NCBI GenBank assembly: GCA_002373375.1
Contig: DFLE01000001.1
Location: forward strand, 1,970 to 65,969
Length of the DNA: 64,000 bases
Reading direction: 5' to 3'
Source of the DNA: Prevotellaceae bacterium UBA3627
GTDB taxonomy: Bacteria > Bacteroidota > Bacteroidia > Bacteroidales > Bacteroidaceae
The notes under the pieces were generated by a model. It had not been told where the DNA came from, did not search any database, and saw only the letters and a program-made list of their open reading frames with translations. A program made the position numbers and the translations under genes. Of this stretch, positions 46,323 to 57,407 are shown in pieces (within the stretch, counting starts at the first letter, position 1; each line of letters begins with the position of its first letter).

Positions 46323-49300
46323 ATGAAAACTTTACGTTATATACTCTGCTACATTGCGGCAAGGCCGCAATGCTCCTTGAAGAACGGTGCGGCTGCTTCA
46401 GCGTGCGAGTCCCTTGCATGTGCTCGGCGTTTACTCGCGTTAACTGTTCTCGCGATTACCATGCTGCTTGGTAGCGGCGTGGAAATGTGGGCTGCTACGG
46501 AGACCACTCCTGTGGGTACTAAGGATACCGATGCTGTGGGTACTTCCTATAGCATAAGCGGCGGAACTTATATCGCAGGTGCAGGCTCTTCGTACCCTTT
46601 CGCAGAAGGGAACAAAGGTCTGAAGATGCGAATGCAAAGAGGAGGCATTGCGAATGTCAGCACTTACTCTCTAACCATCAATGTCAACAGTGGTTATGTC
46701 ATAACTGGTATGGACTCGTTCTTGGACATGAGCAATGGTGAAGGCGCAATGAAGATAACAGGAGTATATGCGGATGGAGACTATGACCATAATCTTATAA
46801 GTGAGGAGTTTCTGGCTGGCACAACTCCTAGCAGTCCTACACGTATGCCTTCTGTGTTTGGCTTCCGTGCTGCGAAGAAGTTAGAGATAGCAGTGGAACA
46901 AAACGGAGCAACAGGTTATCAGGCTATCTTTTTTGCCACGTTCACCTATGAGAAGAATACAGACTTTGAGATGATACTTAACAACACTTCTGGCACTTTG
47001 CTGACAGAGGAGGAAATCAACAGTCTGTCTGAATACAACTTCGGTGTGACATCAGCGGGGGAGCGCGTATCAGCAGATGACGTGTCTTCTGTAGCTACGG
47101 TTACAGGTAAATATCATAACTCCCATGGTAGTACGGGTGTGAGTGTCACCACCACGGTCGCCGGTCCCACGAGGTTTACTGTGGGCACGTGTGCGTATTA
47201 TAACACAACGGTGATTAACCTGAAGAACGGTGACGATGTCATTGCGACAGCGAGAGCCTCTGAGGACTATCCGTTAGCTTGCTGGGAGCAGAACCATGAC
47301 AATGTCGTTGAGCTGTATTATTATGGTACAGATGCTGCCACGCTCACGCTCAGCGGTATGTCATATTGCCCGTACATCAAGGCGGAGCGCATCGCCGTCT
47401 CTGACCTGAATGTCGTTGCAGGCAAAGAGACTATAGAGCGACCGGTCAATGATACTTACACGTTGACAAAAGGTATTGACTATACCACGTCATCAACAGG
47501 AGCCATAACTTACGCCTCAAGTGATGAGAGCGTAGCCACGGTCAGTTCTGCCGGTGTCATAACGATCGTTGACGGCGGTACTGCGACCATCACCCTGACG
47601 CAGGCTGCCACGAGTGATTATCCAAGCAAATCACTTGAGTTCACGGTTACAGGTACGTTTGATGGAGTGCTGCCGATTATTGACAATGATATTGCGGAGG
47701 CTGCCACAGTCGGAACCTCGGTAAGCAAGATGTTTATGCTTGCAGCGCGCGCCGCAAGTACATATAAATGGTATGTCAGCACAACCAATGCATACGAGGG
47801 CGAGGCGGTCAGCGATGCGGACAATGACGGTTCGTCGTATGTGTTCAGTCGCGCTGTTGCCGGCACCTATTATGTTTACTGCGTGCTTCATAACGAGAAT
47901 GGTGACACTAAGTCTTCTATTTGTGCGGTTACGGTGCAGGATGGAGTACATACCTTTGACTTCACCTCATGGAGCAATGCCACAAAGACAAACCTGTCCG
48001 CGGATACAGAGGCATGGAAGTACAAGGACGTGGAAGCGTACAAGGACGCGGGAGCGTGGACTATTAATGTTGCGTCAGGTAGATGGATGGCAAACGGCAC
48101 TGTGATAGCAGAGACCGACAACCTTGTCTTTGACGGTCCGATGACAGGCGATGCCTATGCCGTGGTTTTCAATCAGCCTAAGGAAGGGTCGTCTGAGTTC
48201 GCTGGCTCACAGTATCTGCAGCCTAATCAGAATTACGGTTTTGTGATACCAAACGTGCGTGTTGGCTCTGTCTTGTCTATGATGATAGAGTCACACAATT
48301 CTATCAGAACACGAGGCGTGAATATCCATGTGGGAACGGATGCAACTGGTCCTTGTCTTACTAATACTCCGGCTGCACAAATCAAGGCTGATAGCACAGC
48401 CATCTATCCTTGGACTGCGTACGATACTCCGCGTTATCCCTCAATGACGGTTACGGCGGCCTCTCTCGTCGGCACTCCTTATGAGGGTAAGGATTATGTT
48501 GACCTCTATGTCAAGCCTAACGCTATCATACATATATATAATATAGACTGCGACTATAACGACTTCGTGGTATGGAAGAGAGCGTTAGGTTTCAACAACC
48601 ACGGCTTAACCTATGCCCTGACCAAGGGCATTGACTATAACACGTCCTCGTCAGCGGCGATAACCTTCACTTCGTCTGATCCAGGTGTAGCCACAGTCAG
48701 CAGCACAGGCGTTATCACCTCCGTGGCTGACGGCGAGGCTGTCATAACATTGCGTCAGGCTGCCCACGATGGTATGCCGGCAATAGAGAAGAGCATCACC
48801 GTCACGGTTGACGGCACGGTGTATATCACGTATGACAAAGGTGAGACAGGAGCGGTCGGCACCCTGCCAGCCAACTCCACCGCAGAGCGTGGCAGCTCCA
48901 TTACTTTGCCTTATCAGCCAAACAAATTACTATATAAGACAGGCTGCACGCTTGTAGGCTGGAACGACGGCGCTACAGACTATGCTGTCGGCTCCGCATA
49001 TCCTGTGACAGAAAATGTCACCCTGACCCCGGTTTTCCGTGCCAACACCAAGACACTTGATGCTCTTGAGAACAATGTGACAGCCACATGGTATTTCGGA
49101 AAGAGTAATGGAGCCCCAAGCGTGGCTTGGGAACACAGTGGCAATCAGTATCTCGTCACACAGTCAGATGTGGAGGGCGAGACACAGGATATGCCTTTGA
49201 TAGTCAACACAGATGCTGGTAAGTTCAATAACTCTGGCCGTACCGACCAGTGGGCACAGGTCAACGGTGGCACCAAGTTCATCATCCCTGCCGTCAGCGG

Positions 49301-52300
49301 CATGAAGATAGAGTTCATGAACTTTTTCAGCAAGCCTTCAGGCACTATCACCGACGGCAGCCTGTCAACGGATATGACCGTCTCTGGCCTGAAGATGTCA
49401 TATACATACGTAGGCAACGCCTCTACCGTGACCGTCACAGTCAATGAGGGCGGTTACGGAAGCGGACTTATCGTAACCTATCCTCGTCTGCCTAAGCCAG
49501 AGATAACCGGCGACCTCGCCTCTTCTTACACAGTAAGGAGCGGCTCGCCAAAGACTCTCAAGGTAGAGGTCAGCGGCGCCACACGCTACCAGTGGTATAA
49601 GAACACTACGGCAAGTACCACTGGCGCTACAGCCATCAGTGGTGCCACCACCGCCACATACACCGTGGCAGAGCCTGCAGAGGGAGAGTACTACTACCTT
49701 GCAGCAACCAACAGCTACGGCACGGTGACATCAAACATCACTACGCTTAGAATAACCACCCATACCTTTGACTTCACCGTCTGGAGCGACGACACAAAGG
49801 CAAACCTGCGTGCGGGTTCGTGGGCCAACGCCGGCACCACCAAGCCCTCGTCCAACTGGAGCGACGTGGAATTAGAGAGTACTACGACCGGTCCTACGGA
49901 TGCAACTCGTGACAACTGCTTCTGGCAGATAAATACAGAGAGCGGCACGCTCCATGCCGACGGCAAGGAGATAAGCGAGCTGAAAGGCCTCTCCTTCTGC
50001 AACACCGTGGGGCGCAGCCTCGCCATAGCCCTTGACTATCCGTCAACTGACCTTGGTACCTACCACGGCGGCTCATACCTATGGCTCGGCGGCAAGACAG
50101 GCACGGACTATTTCACCATCCCTGCCGTCAAGGTAGGCTCGGTTATTAAGATAGGTATAGAGAGCCACAAGTCAAGTGACGCACGCGGCATAACACTGAA
50201 GGTCAACGGTACAGAGCTGAAGGCTCCCGACGGCAGCAGCGTGCCTCTGCCCACCACATACGTGGAGCAGGAGTGGCTGGTGAAAGGCAGCGGCGACGAG
50301 GAGTACGTCAATGTAATTGTGCACCACACCAACGGCTGCCACATATATTATATAGACTGTGACATGGCAGGCTTCTCCATGCTTAACACCAGTTATGTAG
50401 TCAAGACAGGCGAGAGCTATCTGCTCGAGTCAGGTACCGACTATGAGAATATCAGTGGTGCGCCTGTTACATATACCTCAGGCAATACAGACCTCACCAC
50501 CATATCCTCTGACGGACTGATACGTATGTTGCGTGGCGGCACCGTGACAATCACGGCGCACCAGGATGCCAACGGTATATACTCAGCGTCAGACCAGACC
50601 TTCACCGTCTCCTCCACCAATGCACAGTTGGAGGTGTCGGCGGAGCCTCTGTCACTCGTTATTAACGATGCCAAGGTAAAGTACCAGACGGTAAAGGTGT
50701 CGCTCACGGGTACAGACTTCACCCCTTACTCTACAGCCAGCCTCGCTGTAAGTGGCTCATCAGCAAATATCACCGTCGCTCCGACTTCCTTCAAGGTGGA
50801 GAATGACGGCACCATATCACAGCAGTTCACTGTTACCTATGCCACGGACGCTGTGGATAACGGCGGCACGCTCACGCTCACCTTCGCCGCAGAGGACAAG
50901 ACAAAGAGCATCAGCCTGCCTTACAGCCGCAGCGTGGCATACGCCGGCACGGCTCTCAGCGATGTCACCGGCTATCGTCAGTGGGACTGGAGCGGAGCCT
51001 CGGCCGATGTCATGTCAAAGAGCAAGGACGGCCAGATGGCATTCGCAGATGCCGAAGGCACATGGCCGGCAGGTGTTACCGACGCTGAGGGCTATTACGG
51101 CGGCACGCAGTATCTGGCAGGTGTCGGACAGTATCTCTCAAAGACCGACGGATGCTTCCAGGGCTCAGAGCTCTATTTCCATAACACAGTGCCTGGCACC
51201 ATTGAGGTGGTGTTCTCTAACACTGGCGCATCGGAGCGCCCATACCGTTACCTCAACGTCAACGGTGTTAACACCGCTTTCCGTTCAAAGGCTGTTGACA
51301 AGGTGACATCAGGCTTGATAAAGGTGCCGGCAGGAGGTGTCACCATACAGGGACGCTTCAATGACGAGGAAGGCGACGAGATAACCGACTCCATAGGCTT
51401 CGGTCCGCAATACCTGCGTATATATAAGGTGACATTCTCGCCTAATGCCAACGCACCTGTTGTCACACTGAACAATGACAACGCAACGTTCACCCTTGCC
51501 ACAGACGATCCTGACGATGTGATATACTATACCATCGACGGCACCGAGCCTGATGCCATCGACGGCATAAGATACGTGCCCAACCTTGATGACAACCAAG
51601 TGGATCAGGGCATACACCTTGATATGAATGTGACGATAAAAGCCATCGCCACCAACAGTAAGAAGAATAACTCCGACGTAGTGTCTAAGACTACAAAGTT
51701 CAAGACCTATAAGATGAATGTCACAGCCATACCGCGTGCGGGTGGTTATGTGGTGTTCACGCCAGAGTCAGAGAACAACAGCTACACCAAGGGTACCAAG
51801 GTGGCTATGCGCATCGTAGCCAAGGCCGGTTACGGCTTCACCGGATGGGCTCTTACCCGCGGCGCTGACGCTTACAGCACCGAATATACCGACACCGTGG
51901 TTATCACCAGCGGCACCAACGAGCGTTTCATATACTTTGAGAAAGGTCCGGAGGGAACGGTGAGGTATGATGTTCAGCACGCGATATTCATGAACAGAAC
52001 ATTCTCAGACGGTACTGCTACCCCTGAAGACCTCTCTGCCACTAAGCTGATAAATGGTGTTGAGGAAACGGTATTGTTTGGTTCTGTTGACAAACAGGCA
52101 AACTTGTATGACTATGCTCTTCTCAGTGCGGAGGATGAGATGTATGAAGCCATAAAAGGTTACGATAAGTTTATGAGTGGCGGACTGACATCTACATCAA
52201 TCTTTGTCCCGGGAAACTATGGATTGTATTGTTCGTTTGATGCCTCATCAGTGTTGACCTTGAAGTATTGGTTGGACGCAGACTCTTTGAAGGAGAACAA

Positions 52301-55300
52301 GCAGGTGCGTTATGAGCTTGGCGAGAACAAGTTCTTCGAGAGAGGTGGTCAGACTGTGACGCTGATACCTGTATTCCGTTACAGCGGACTGCAGAATAAC
52401 CTCAATACCCGTCGCTCTTCAGCCAATATGACGTGGGACTTCCGTACAGGTTACGGAGCTCAGCCTATGACGCTGGGCAGCGAGAACGAGTATTACTACT
52501 CCACCCATTGTGACATCGAGGCGCGCGACGGCAGCAACCTCACCATCGACGTGCCGATAAAGATCAACACCACTGGGGCTAAGGTGGTTGACGTTGACGG
52601 CAACAAACTCACAAACGAGCTGGTGGACTCATGGATGTCTATCACCGAGGGCACCGTTATCGCCTTGCCTTCAGGTCAGAACGCACAGTTCACCCTTGCC
52701 ACATACCAGCCTGTACTCCGTGGAGGCACCACCATCAACGGACGTGAACCGGATAATATAGACGATGAGTACATCACTCGCAACAATGACGGCGCGTACC
52801 TCTATACATGGACGGTGCCGGAGGTTGACCTTGAGGCCACCCTCCGCATAGGTAACGACTTCTCTTACTATCAGTATCTCACCGCGCACCTGCCAAACGC
52901 GGAGTACCAGTACCTTAACTTTACCACCAACAATGCGAGCATGGGTACGGTGTCTGTCTCCCCGGCAGGCATACAGAGCGCGCGTGGACAGGCTTACACC
53001 AATAACGCCACCGTAACTCTTACCGCCAACCGCAGCAAGTACTATGAGCTGAAATACTGGCAGGACGAGGAGGGCTACCGCTTCTACGTGCGCAACTGCG
53101 ACTATGACGCCCAGACAGGCGACTACCTGCATAAGGCAGGACAATATACCGATGAGGAGGGCAACGTGCTGGGTACCTTCGATGGTCGCAGAATCAACGA
53201 CGTGCCTTACAAGTGGACATCTGACACACCGGACGACCTGCAGTTTGACATGACGAAATACATCTCCCTCACCGCACACTTCGGTCAGAAGAAGTCTTAC
53301 TACGTTGACTTCTCGGCAGGCGGCGAGGCAGCCGGTCTGCCTCCTTACCAGCAGCATGTGGAGTGGGACGAGAAGTTCACCATGCCTGCACATAACCAGC
53401 ACCTCTACATAGAGGGCTACACCCTCGACTACTACACCGACCGTCAGGGCAACCTCTATAACTTCGGTGGGCAGTATCAGGTGACTGATGATATATCAGT
53501 TGACGGCGACCTGTTGCTGACACCTCACTTTACGGCAAACACAGTGTCGCGCGGACAACTCGAGTCTGCCTCCACCATACAATGGCCGTTGTCATCGGCT
53601 CTCGGAGCTCCAGCCATATATTACCAGAACTCTATGGGTCTGACTGTTGACCAGCTCGATGTCAACGGCACCAAGATTGACCTGCCTCTCAACATTAACG
53701 GCAGCAGCGGCGCGGTGATGAACGCCGACCAGAGCAGCGTGGTGGCTGAGAGAAGCTGTACGGTCAACAAGAACGCCGTGTTCACACTCCCTGTAACGTC
53801 TAACTGCACCATTGAGTTGCACTCAGACGCGGGCGAGATAAAGAGCACCACCATCGCCGGCACATCTACATACACCACCAAGAGTAGCGACGGCAAGACG
53901 GTGACCCTCGACTATACGGGTGTCAACGCCGATGAGCAGATAAAGTTCGCCGGTGATGGCGGCAGCCGCTTCACATATGTCAAGGTTACGTATAACCCCG
54001 TGGGCGGACAGCCGGAGCTTACTGACGTGACGATAGACGGCGTGGCCGTCAGTCCTGCAGACCTCAACACGCTGAAGACTGACAACACTCTGAAGAAGAG
54101 CTACACACCTACCTACAGCGGCAACAATATGCCGGTAGTGGCGGCTACTACCACAAGTAACGGCACCACCGTCATAACACAGCCTACACCAGCCAACCCT
54201 GTCTCTACCATCTTGTTAAAGACAGCAGGTGGCGTGACGGTGGCAACCTATAACATAGCATTCAATGTCACGAGTACTACTGCTCCTACAGTGGGTGCGG
54301 TCACCGTGAATGGCAGCGATGCCAAGAACGTCACGGTCACTAATGCAGAGACAAAGGGTGTCATAGCCATCACGCTCGACCATGAGGCCGGCAGCGTGAC
54401 CCTTGCCGACAACACAGGTCTGGGTCAGCAGATGAAGGCTGTCACAGACGGCAACACGCTGAAGTTCTCTTACTGGGATTTGGAGTATGGCCATACGTAC
54501 ACCCTCACCATCCCTGCCGGCACGTTGAAGGACGTGTACGGCAAGGCGTACGGACAGGCAGTGACCGTAACCTTCACCACCAAGGCAGAGCCAGACAATG
54601 TGCCGCATACGTTGTTCAACTTCGTGGTGACACATAAGCAGAGCTTCGACGGCAAGACACAGACAGCAGGGGAGCGCGAACAGGTACTCCCTGACGAAGT
54701 GCTCGCCAACCTCGATGCCAAAGGCATAGAGTACGGTACGCTTGACGAGGGCTTGGCAAAGGCCAATGCTGCCGGCGGTACAGACCGTTACTATATCTTC
54801 GTGCCTGACGGTGAGTATCAGATGCAAGGTACGGAGACACTTAACGGCACCTTTGGCGACCATAAGGACAACGCAAGCAGCAAGCCGCAAGAGGCAAAGG
54901 CGATAACGGTCAACGACTACCATAACGGACAGTCTTATGTCAAGCGTGACAATGTGTCTGTCATAGGTCAGAGTCAGGACAGTACCATCATCTTCAGTGA
55001 CCCATATATATATGGTATATCATATACTAATACGCTCGGCGTGACAGCCAAGAAGGAGAATGCGTATTTCCAGGACTTCACCGTCGAGAACCGCTACTCT
55101 CTGTTCCAGGTGGCTCAGAACCTCAGTAATCCTGGAGGACAGTCAGCCGCTGTCTATGACCGTGGTGTACACTCTATATGGAAGAATGTGACGATGAAGG
55201 GATATCAGGATACCTATGTGTCTGGATCTTGCACCTCGTCAACACTAGGTAAGTCTCCTGGTTTCTACCGCACGCACCGTTACTATGAGGACTGCTCCGT

Positions 55301-56837
55301 ATGGGGTACGGTCGATTTCATCTGCGGTGGAGGCGATGACTGGTGGGAGCGTCCTACGATGGTGCTGCGTAAGCGTACTACTCCTAACAACATCGTGGCG
55401 GCAAGCCATGTGTCTAAATACACATCTACATCCTACGTCGGCGCGGACTATCTCTATGATGAGCCGTGGGGATATGTGTTCAATAACGCGGTGGTAAGAT
55501 GTGAGAGTGCCGAGGCTGCCGCACTGCAAGACGGCAAGTATAACATCGGACGTTGCTGGCAGGGCTCGCCTAACCAGACGTTCCTCTACCCGGTATATGA
55601 GGCCATACCTACATCAGTGGGTTACACTGTCATGTCCAAGAACCTCGTCTGCCGTATGCACGAGTACGGCTCCATGAATGCCGACGGTACTATAGCTGAC
55701 CTTACAGGACGTACGCTACGTGCCGCTTCGCCAGCTGCAGGCTCCGACGACTGCATACTCACCGCCTCACAGGCTGCTGAATATACCCTGCACAACGTGC
55801 TGGGAGGAGACACGGGATATGACCCTACGGAATACACCCGCCAGGTGGATATGGACAATGTCTCGCTGACCCCCTCTGACCAGGGCATAACGTGGAGCGG
55901 CAATGACAGGGCCCTATGCTACTTTATCTTCCGTCAGAACGAGGAGACAGGACAGTTCGAGTTCTTCGATATTTGTACTACTCCGGTCTATCAGCCTGAC
56001 AGTACGCAGAACGGACGCGTGTTCTGTGTCCGTGCCGCCAACGAACGCGGCGGACTGGGAAAGCCGTCGAAGACCATCAAATATCGTATGCTGGGCGGCT
56101 ATCTCCTCACGGTCAACCATGTGGCTGGTCTGGGAGAGGAGAGTGCCAACAAGGAAGAGTGGAAGGGCTGGAGTACTATCTGCCTGTCCGATAACGCACT
56201 GGTTCCGTCCGTCAGTGTCGATGATGACGGCACCGATGGCGACGGCGACATCACTGTATATGGGGCGCAGGGAACCCTTGACGGCACTAACGTCATAAAA
56301 CTGAGAAAAGTATCCTATCTCAGGGCCGGATGCGGATACGTGGTACATGCCACCACAGGAGAAAAGTCAAAGAACTATATGTTCAGATATACATGGGACG
56401 CAGACCATGTCAGCCTTACCGAGAACGACAGCTACCTTGGCGGCAATCCTACGGACAAGGACGTGGCCGTAGGTACGGTCAACTGCTACACCATGGCATA
56501 CAAGAAGACCATCAACCCCGACTGCGTGGGATTCTATAAGTTCATCGGCGACGAGATACCTGCCCACAGGGCATATCTCACCGTTGAGACGCTTGCCGGC
56601 AAGGGCTTCGACTTCGACACGGCCGAGGCAAAGGGTATGCGCTTCCTCTTTGACGATGGCGATGAGGACTATTACATTGACTCCGATGCCGACGGCATCA
56701 GTACTGTCAATACCACGGCAGGTAACGGCGGTGACACCGTCTTTGACCTCAGCGGACGCAGGCTCGACCGCTCGCAGCTCCGTAGGGGAATGGTCTATGT
56801 CATTGGCGGAAAGAAAGTGCTGTGGCAGGGCGAATAG
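46323..56837 (+). CDS. Giant (3504 aa) secreted multidomain pectin methylesterase (CE8) with Ig-like/Big_2/B-repeat modules and T9SS-type C-terminus
   Basis: Intact CE8 motifs GGQSAAV, GYQDTY, GTVDFICG and IGRCW; paralogous to the upstream gene over the C-terminal part. Confidence 0.88.
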   Translation: MKTLRYILCYIAARPQCSLKNGAAASACESLACARRLLALTVLAITMLLGSGVEMWAATETTPVGTKDTDAVGTSYSISGGTYIAGAGSSYPFAEGNKGLKMRMQRGGIANVSTYSLTINVNSGYVITGMDSFLDMSNGEGAMKITGVYADGDYDHNLISEEFLAGTTPSSPTRMPSVFGFRAAKKLEIAVEQNGATGYQAIFFATFTYEKNTDFEMILNNTSGTLLTEEEINSLSEYNFGVTSAGERVSADDVSSVATVTGKYHNSHGSTGVSVTTTVAGPTRFTVGTCAYYNTTVINLKNGDDVIATARASEDYPLACWEQNHDNVVELYYYGTDAATLTLSGMSYCPYIKAERIAVSDLNVVAGKETIERPVNDTYTLTKGIDYTTSSTGAITYASSDESVATVSSAGVITIVDGGTATITLTQAATSDYPSKSLEFTVTGTFDGVLPIIDNDIAEAATVGTSVSKMFMLAARAASTYKWYVSTTNAYEGEAVSDADNDGSSYVFSRAVAGTYYVYCVLHNENGDTKSSICAVTVQDGVHTFDFTSWSNATKTNLSADTEAWKYKDVEAYKDAGAWTINVASGRWMANGTVIAETDNLVFDGPMTGDAYAVVFNQPKEGSSEFAGSQYLQPNQNYGFVIPNVRVGSVLSMMIESHNSIRTRGVNIHVGTDATGPCLTNTPAAQIKADSTAIYPWTAYDTPRYPSMTVTAASLVGTPYEGKDYVDLYVKPNAIIHIYNIDCDYNDFVVWKRALGFNNHGLTYALTKGIDYNTSSSAAITFTSSDPGVATVSSTGVITSVADGEAVITLRQAAHDGMPAIEKSITVTVDGTVYITYDKGETGAVGTLPANSTAERGSSITLPYQPNKLLYKTGCTLVGWNDGATDYAVGSAYPVTENVTLTPVFRANTKTLDALENNVTATWYFGKSNGAPSVAWEHSGNQYLVTQSDVEGETQDMPLIVNTDAGKFNNSGRTDQWAQVNGGTKFIIPAVSGMKIEFMNFFSKPSGTITDGSLSTDMTVSGLKMSYTYVGNASTVTVTVNEGGYGSGLIVTYPRLPKPEITGDLASSYTVRSGSPKTLKVEVSGATRYQWYKNTTASTTGATAISGATTATYTVAEPAEGEYYYLAATNSYGTVTSNITTLRITTHTFDFTVWSDDTKANLRAGSWANAGTTKPSSNWSDVELESTTTGPTDATRDNCFWQINTESGTLHADGKEISELKGLSFCNTVGRSLAIALDYPSTDLGTYHGGSYLWLGGKTGTDYFTIPAVKVGSVIKIGIESHKSSDARGITLKVNGTELKAPDGSSVPLPTTYVEQEWLVKGSGDEEYVNVIVHHTNGCHIYYIDCDMAGFSMLNTSYVVKTGESYLLESGTDYENISGAPVTYTSGNTDLTTISSDGLIRMLRGGTVTITAHQDANGIYSASDQTFTVSSTNAQLEVSAEPLSLVINDAKVKYQTVKVSLTGTDFTPYSTASLAVSGSSANITVAPTSFKVENDGTISQQFTVTYATDAVDNGGTLTLTFAAEDKTKSISLPYSRSVAYAGTALSDVTGYRQWDWSGASADVMSKSKDGQMAFADAEGTWPAGVTDAEGYYGGTQYLAGVGQYLSKTDGCFQGSELYFHNTVPGTIEVVFSNTGASERPYRYLNVNGVNTAFRSKAVDKVTSGLIKVPAGGVTIQGRFNDEEGDEITDSIGFGPQYLRIYKVTFSPNANAPVVTLNNDNATFTLATDDPDDVIYYTIDGTEPDAIDGIRYVPNLDDNQVDQGIHLDMNVTIKAIATNSKKNNSDVVSKTTKFKTYKMNVTAIPRAGGYVVFTPESENNSYTKGTKVAMRIVAKAGYGFTGWALTRGADAYSTEYTDTVVITSGTNERFIYFEKGPEGTVRYDVQHAIFMNRTFSDGTATPEDLSATKLINGVEETVLFGSVDKQANLYDYALLSAEDEMYEAIKGYDKFMSGGLTSTSIFVPGNYGLYCSFDASSVLTLKYWLDADSLKENKQVRYELGENKFFERGGQTVTLIPVFRYSGLQNNLNTRRSSANMTWDFRTGYGAQPMTLGSENEYYYSTHCDIEARDGSNLTIDVPIKINTTGAKVVDVDGNKLTNELVDSWMSITEGTVIALPSGQNAQFTLATYQPVLRGGTTINGREPDNIDDEYITRNNDGAYLYTWTVPEVDLEATLRIGNDFSYYQYLTAHLPNAEYQYLNFTTNNASMGTVSVSPAGIQSARGQAYTNNATVTLTANRSKYYELKYWQDEEGYRFYVRNCDYDAQTGDYLHKAGQYTDEEGNVLGTFDGRRINDVPYKWTSDTPDDLQFDMTKYISLTAHFGQKKSYYVDFSAGGEAAGLPPYQQHVEWDEKFTMPAHNQHLYIEGYTLDYYTDRQGNLYNFGGQYQVTDDISVDGDLLLTPHFTANTVSRGQLESASTIQWPLSSALGAPAIYYQNSMGLTVDQLDVNGTKIDLPLNINGSSGAVMNADQSSVVAERSCTVNKNAVFTLPVTSNCTIELHSDAGEIKSTTIAGTSTYTTKSSDGKTVTLDYTGVNADEQIKFAGDGGSRFTYVKVTYNPVGGQPELTDVTIDGVAVSPADLNTLKTDNTLKKSYTPTYSGNNMPVVAATTTSNGTTVITQPTPANPVSTILLKTAGGVTVATYNIAFNVTSTTAPTVGAVTVNGSDAKNVTVTNAETKGVIAITLDHEAGSVTLADNTGLGQQMKAVTDGNTLKFSYWDLEYGHTYTLTIPAGTLKDVYGKAYGQAVTVTFTTKAEPDNVPHTLFNFVVTHKQSFDGKTQTAGEREQVLPDEVLANLDAKGIEYGTLDEGLAKANAAGGTDRYYIFVPDGEYQMQGTETLNGTFGDHKDNASSKPQEAKAITVNDYHNGQSYVKRDNVSVIGQSQDSTIIFSDPYIYGISYTNTLGVTAKKENAYFQDFTVENRYSLFQVAQNLSNPGGQSAAVYDRGVHSIWKNVTMKGYQDTYVSGSCTSSTLGKSPGFYRTHRYYEDCSVWGTVDFICGGGDDWWERPTMVLRKRTTPNNIVAASHVSKYTSTSYVGADYLYDEPWGYVFNNAVVRCESAEAAALQDGKYNIGRCWQGSPNQTFLYPVYEAIPTSVGYTVMSKNLVCRMHEYGSMNADGTIADLTGRTLRAASPAAGSDDCILTASQAAEYTLHNVLGGDTGYDPTEYTRQVDMDNVSLTPSDQGITWSGNDRALCYFIFRQNEETGQFEFFDICTTPVYQPDSTQNGRVFCVRAANERGGLGKPSKTIKYRMLGGYLLTVNHVAGLGEESANKEEWKGWSTICLSDNALVPSVSVDDDGTDGDGDITVYGAQGTLDGTNVIKLRKVSYLRAGCGYVVHATTGEKSKNYMFRYTWDADHVSLTENDSYLGGNPTDKDVAVGTVNCYTMAYKKTINPDCVGFYKFIGDEIPAHRAYLTVETLAGKGFDFDTAEAKGMRFLFDDGDEDYYIDSDADGISTVNTTAGNGGDTVFDLSGRRLDRSQLRRGMVYVIGGKKVLWQGE

Positions 56838-56856
56838 TGATTAAATAATGTCAGAT

Positions 56857-56898
56857 AACAAAATGTCAGCAAGACTACGGTTTTGCTGACATTTTGTT
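56857..56898 (+). terminator. Stem-loop after the 3504 aa gene
   Basis: AACAAAATGTCAGCAA...TTGCTGACATTTTGTT. Confidence 0.75.
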
Positions 56899-56958
56899 GT
56901 TTATTCACCTCTTTTGCTGACGCTAAAACTTAATAAGTGTTAAATACAGAAGGGACTC

Positions 56959-57052
56959 GTGAAAGCTATGCTTTTACCGTGTAAAAGCTATCGAATGACG
57001 TTGTAAAAGCTATGCTTTCACAGTGTGAAAGCATAGCTTTTACAACGTCATT
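56959..57052. repeat. Phased 22 bp AAAGCTATGCTTT repeats ending in a perfect 28 bp inverted repeat
   Basis: Cores at 56962, 56984 and 57006; arms 56994-57021 and 57025-57052. Confidence 0.88.
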
Positions 57053-57407
57053 TGCCCACCTCTGTTTTTTGCCTGTTTTCCATGTGAGTTATCACAGCAA
57101 TGAGTCGTCGCTTTTTTGAACAAGAATAATAATCGTCTCAACTTTCGCAAGTCCTGAATTTCAGATAATGAGTGTCGCTTTGTGACAGGAATCTCACATA
57201 TTTATAATTTCTGATTAATTCTTTGCAAGCAAAGCGTCACAAGTGCCGAGCGCATGTTTAATTTCTGATAATTCATGTTCAAAATTATATTCGTTTTTCT
57301 AACATGTAATTACCATGAATGTCCACGAATTTTTCATTAATTAATTCTTTCTGTAGATTATAATTTCAAAATAATTCTTCTTAATAATTCTATTTAATAA
57401 TTAGTGA

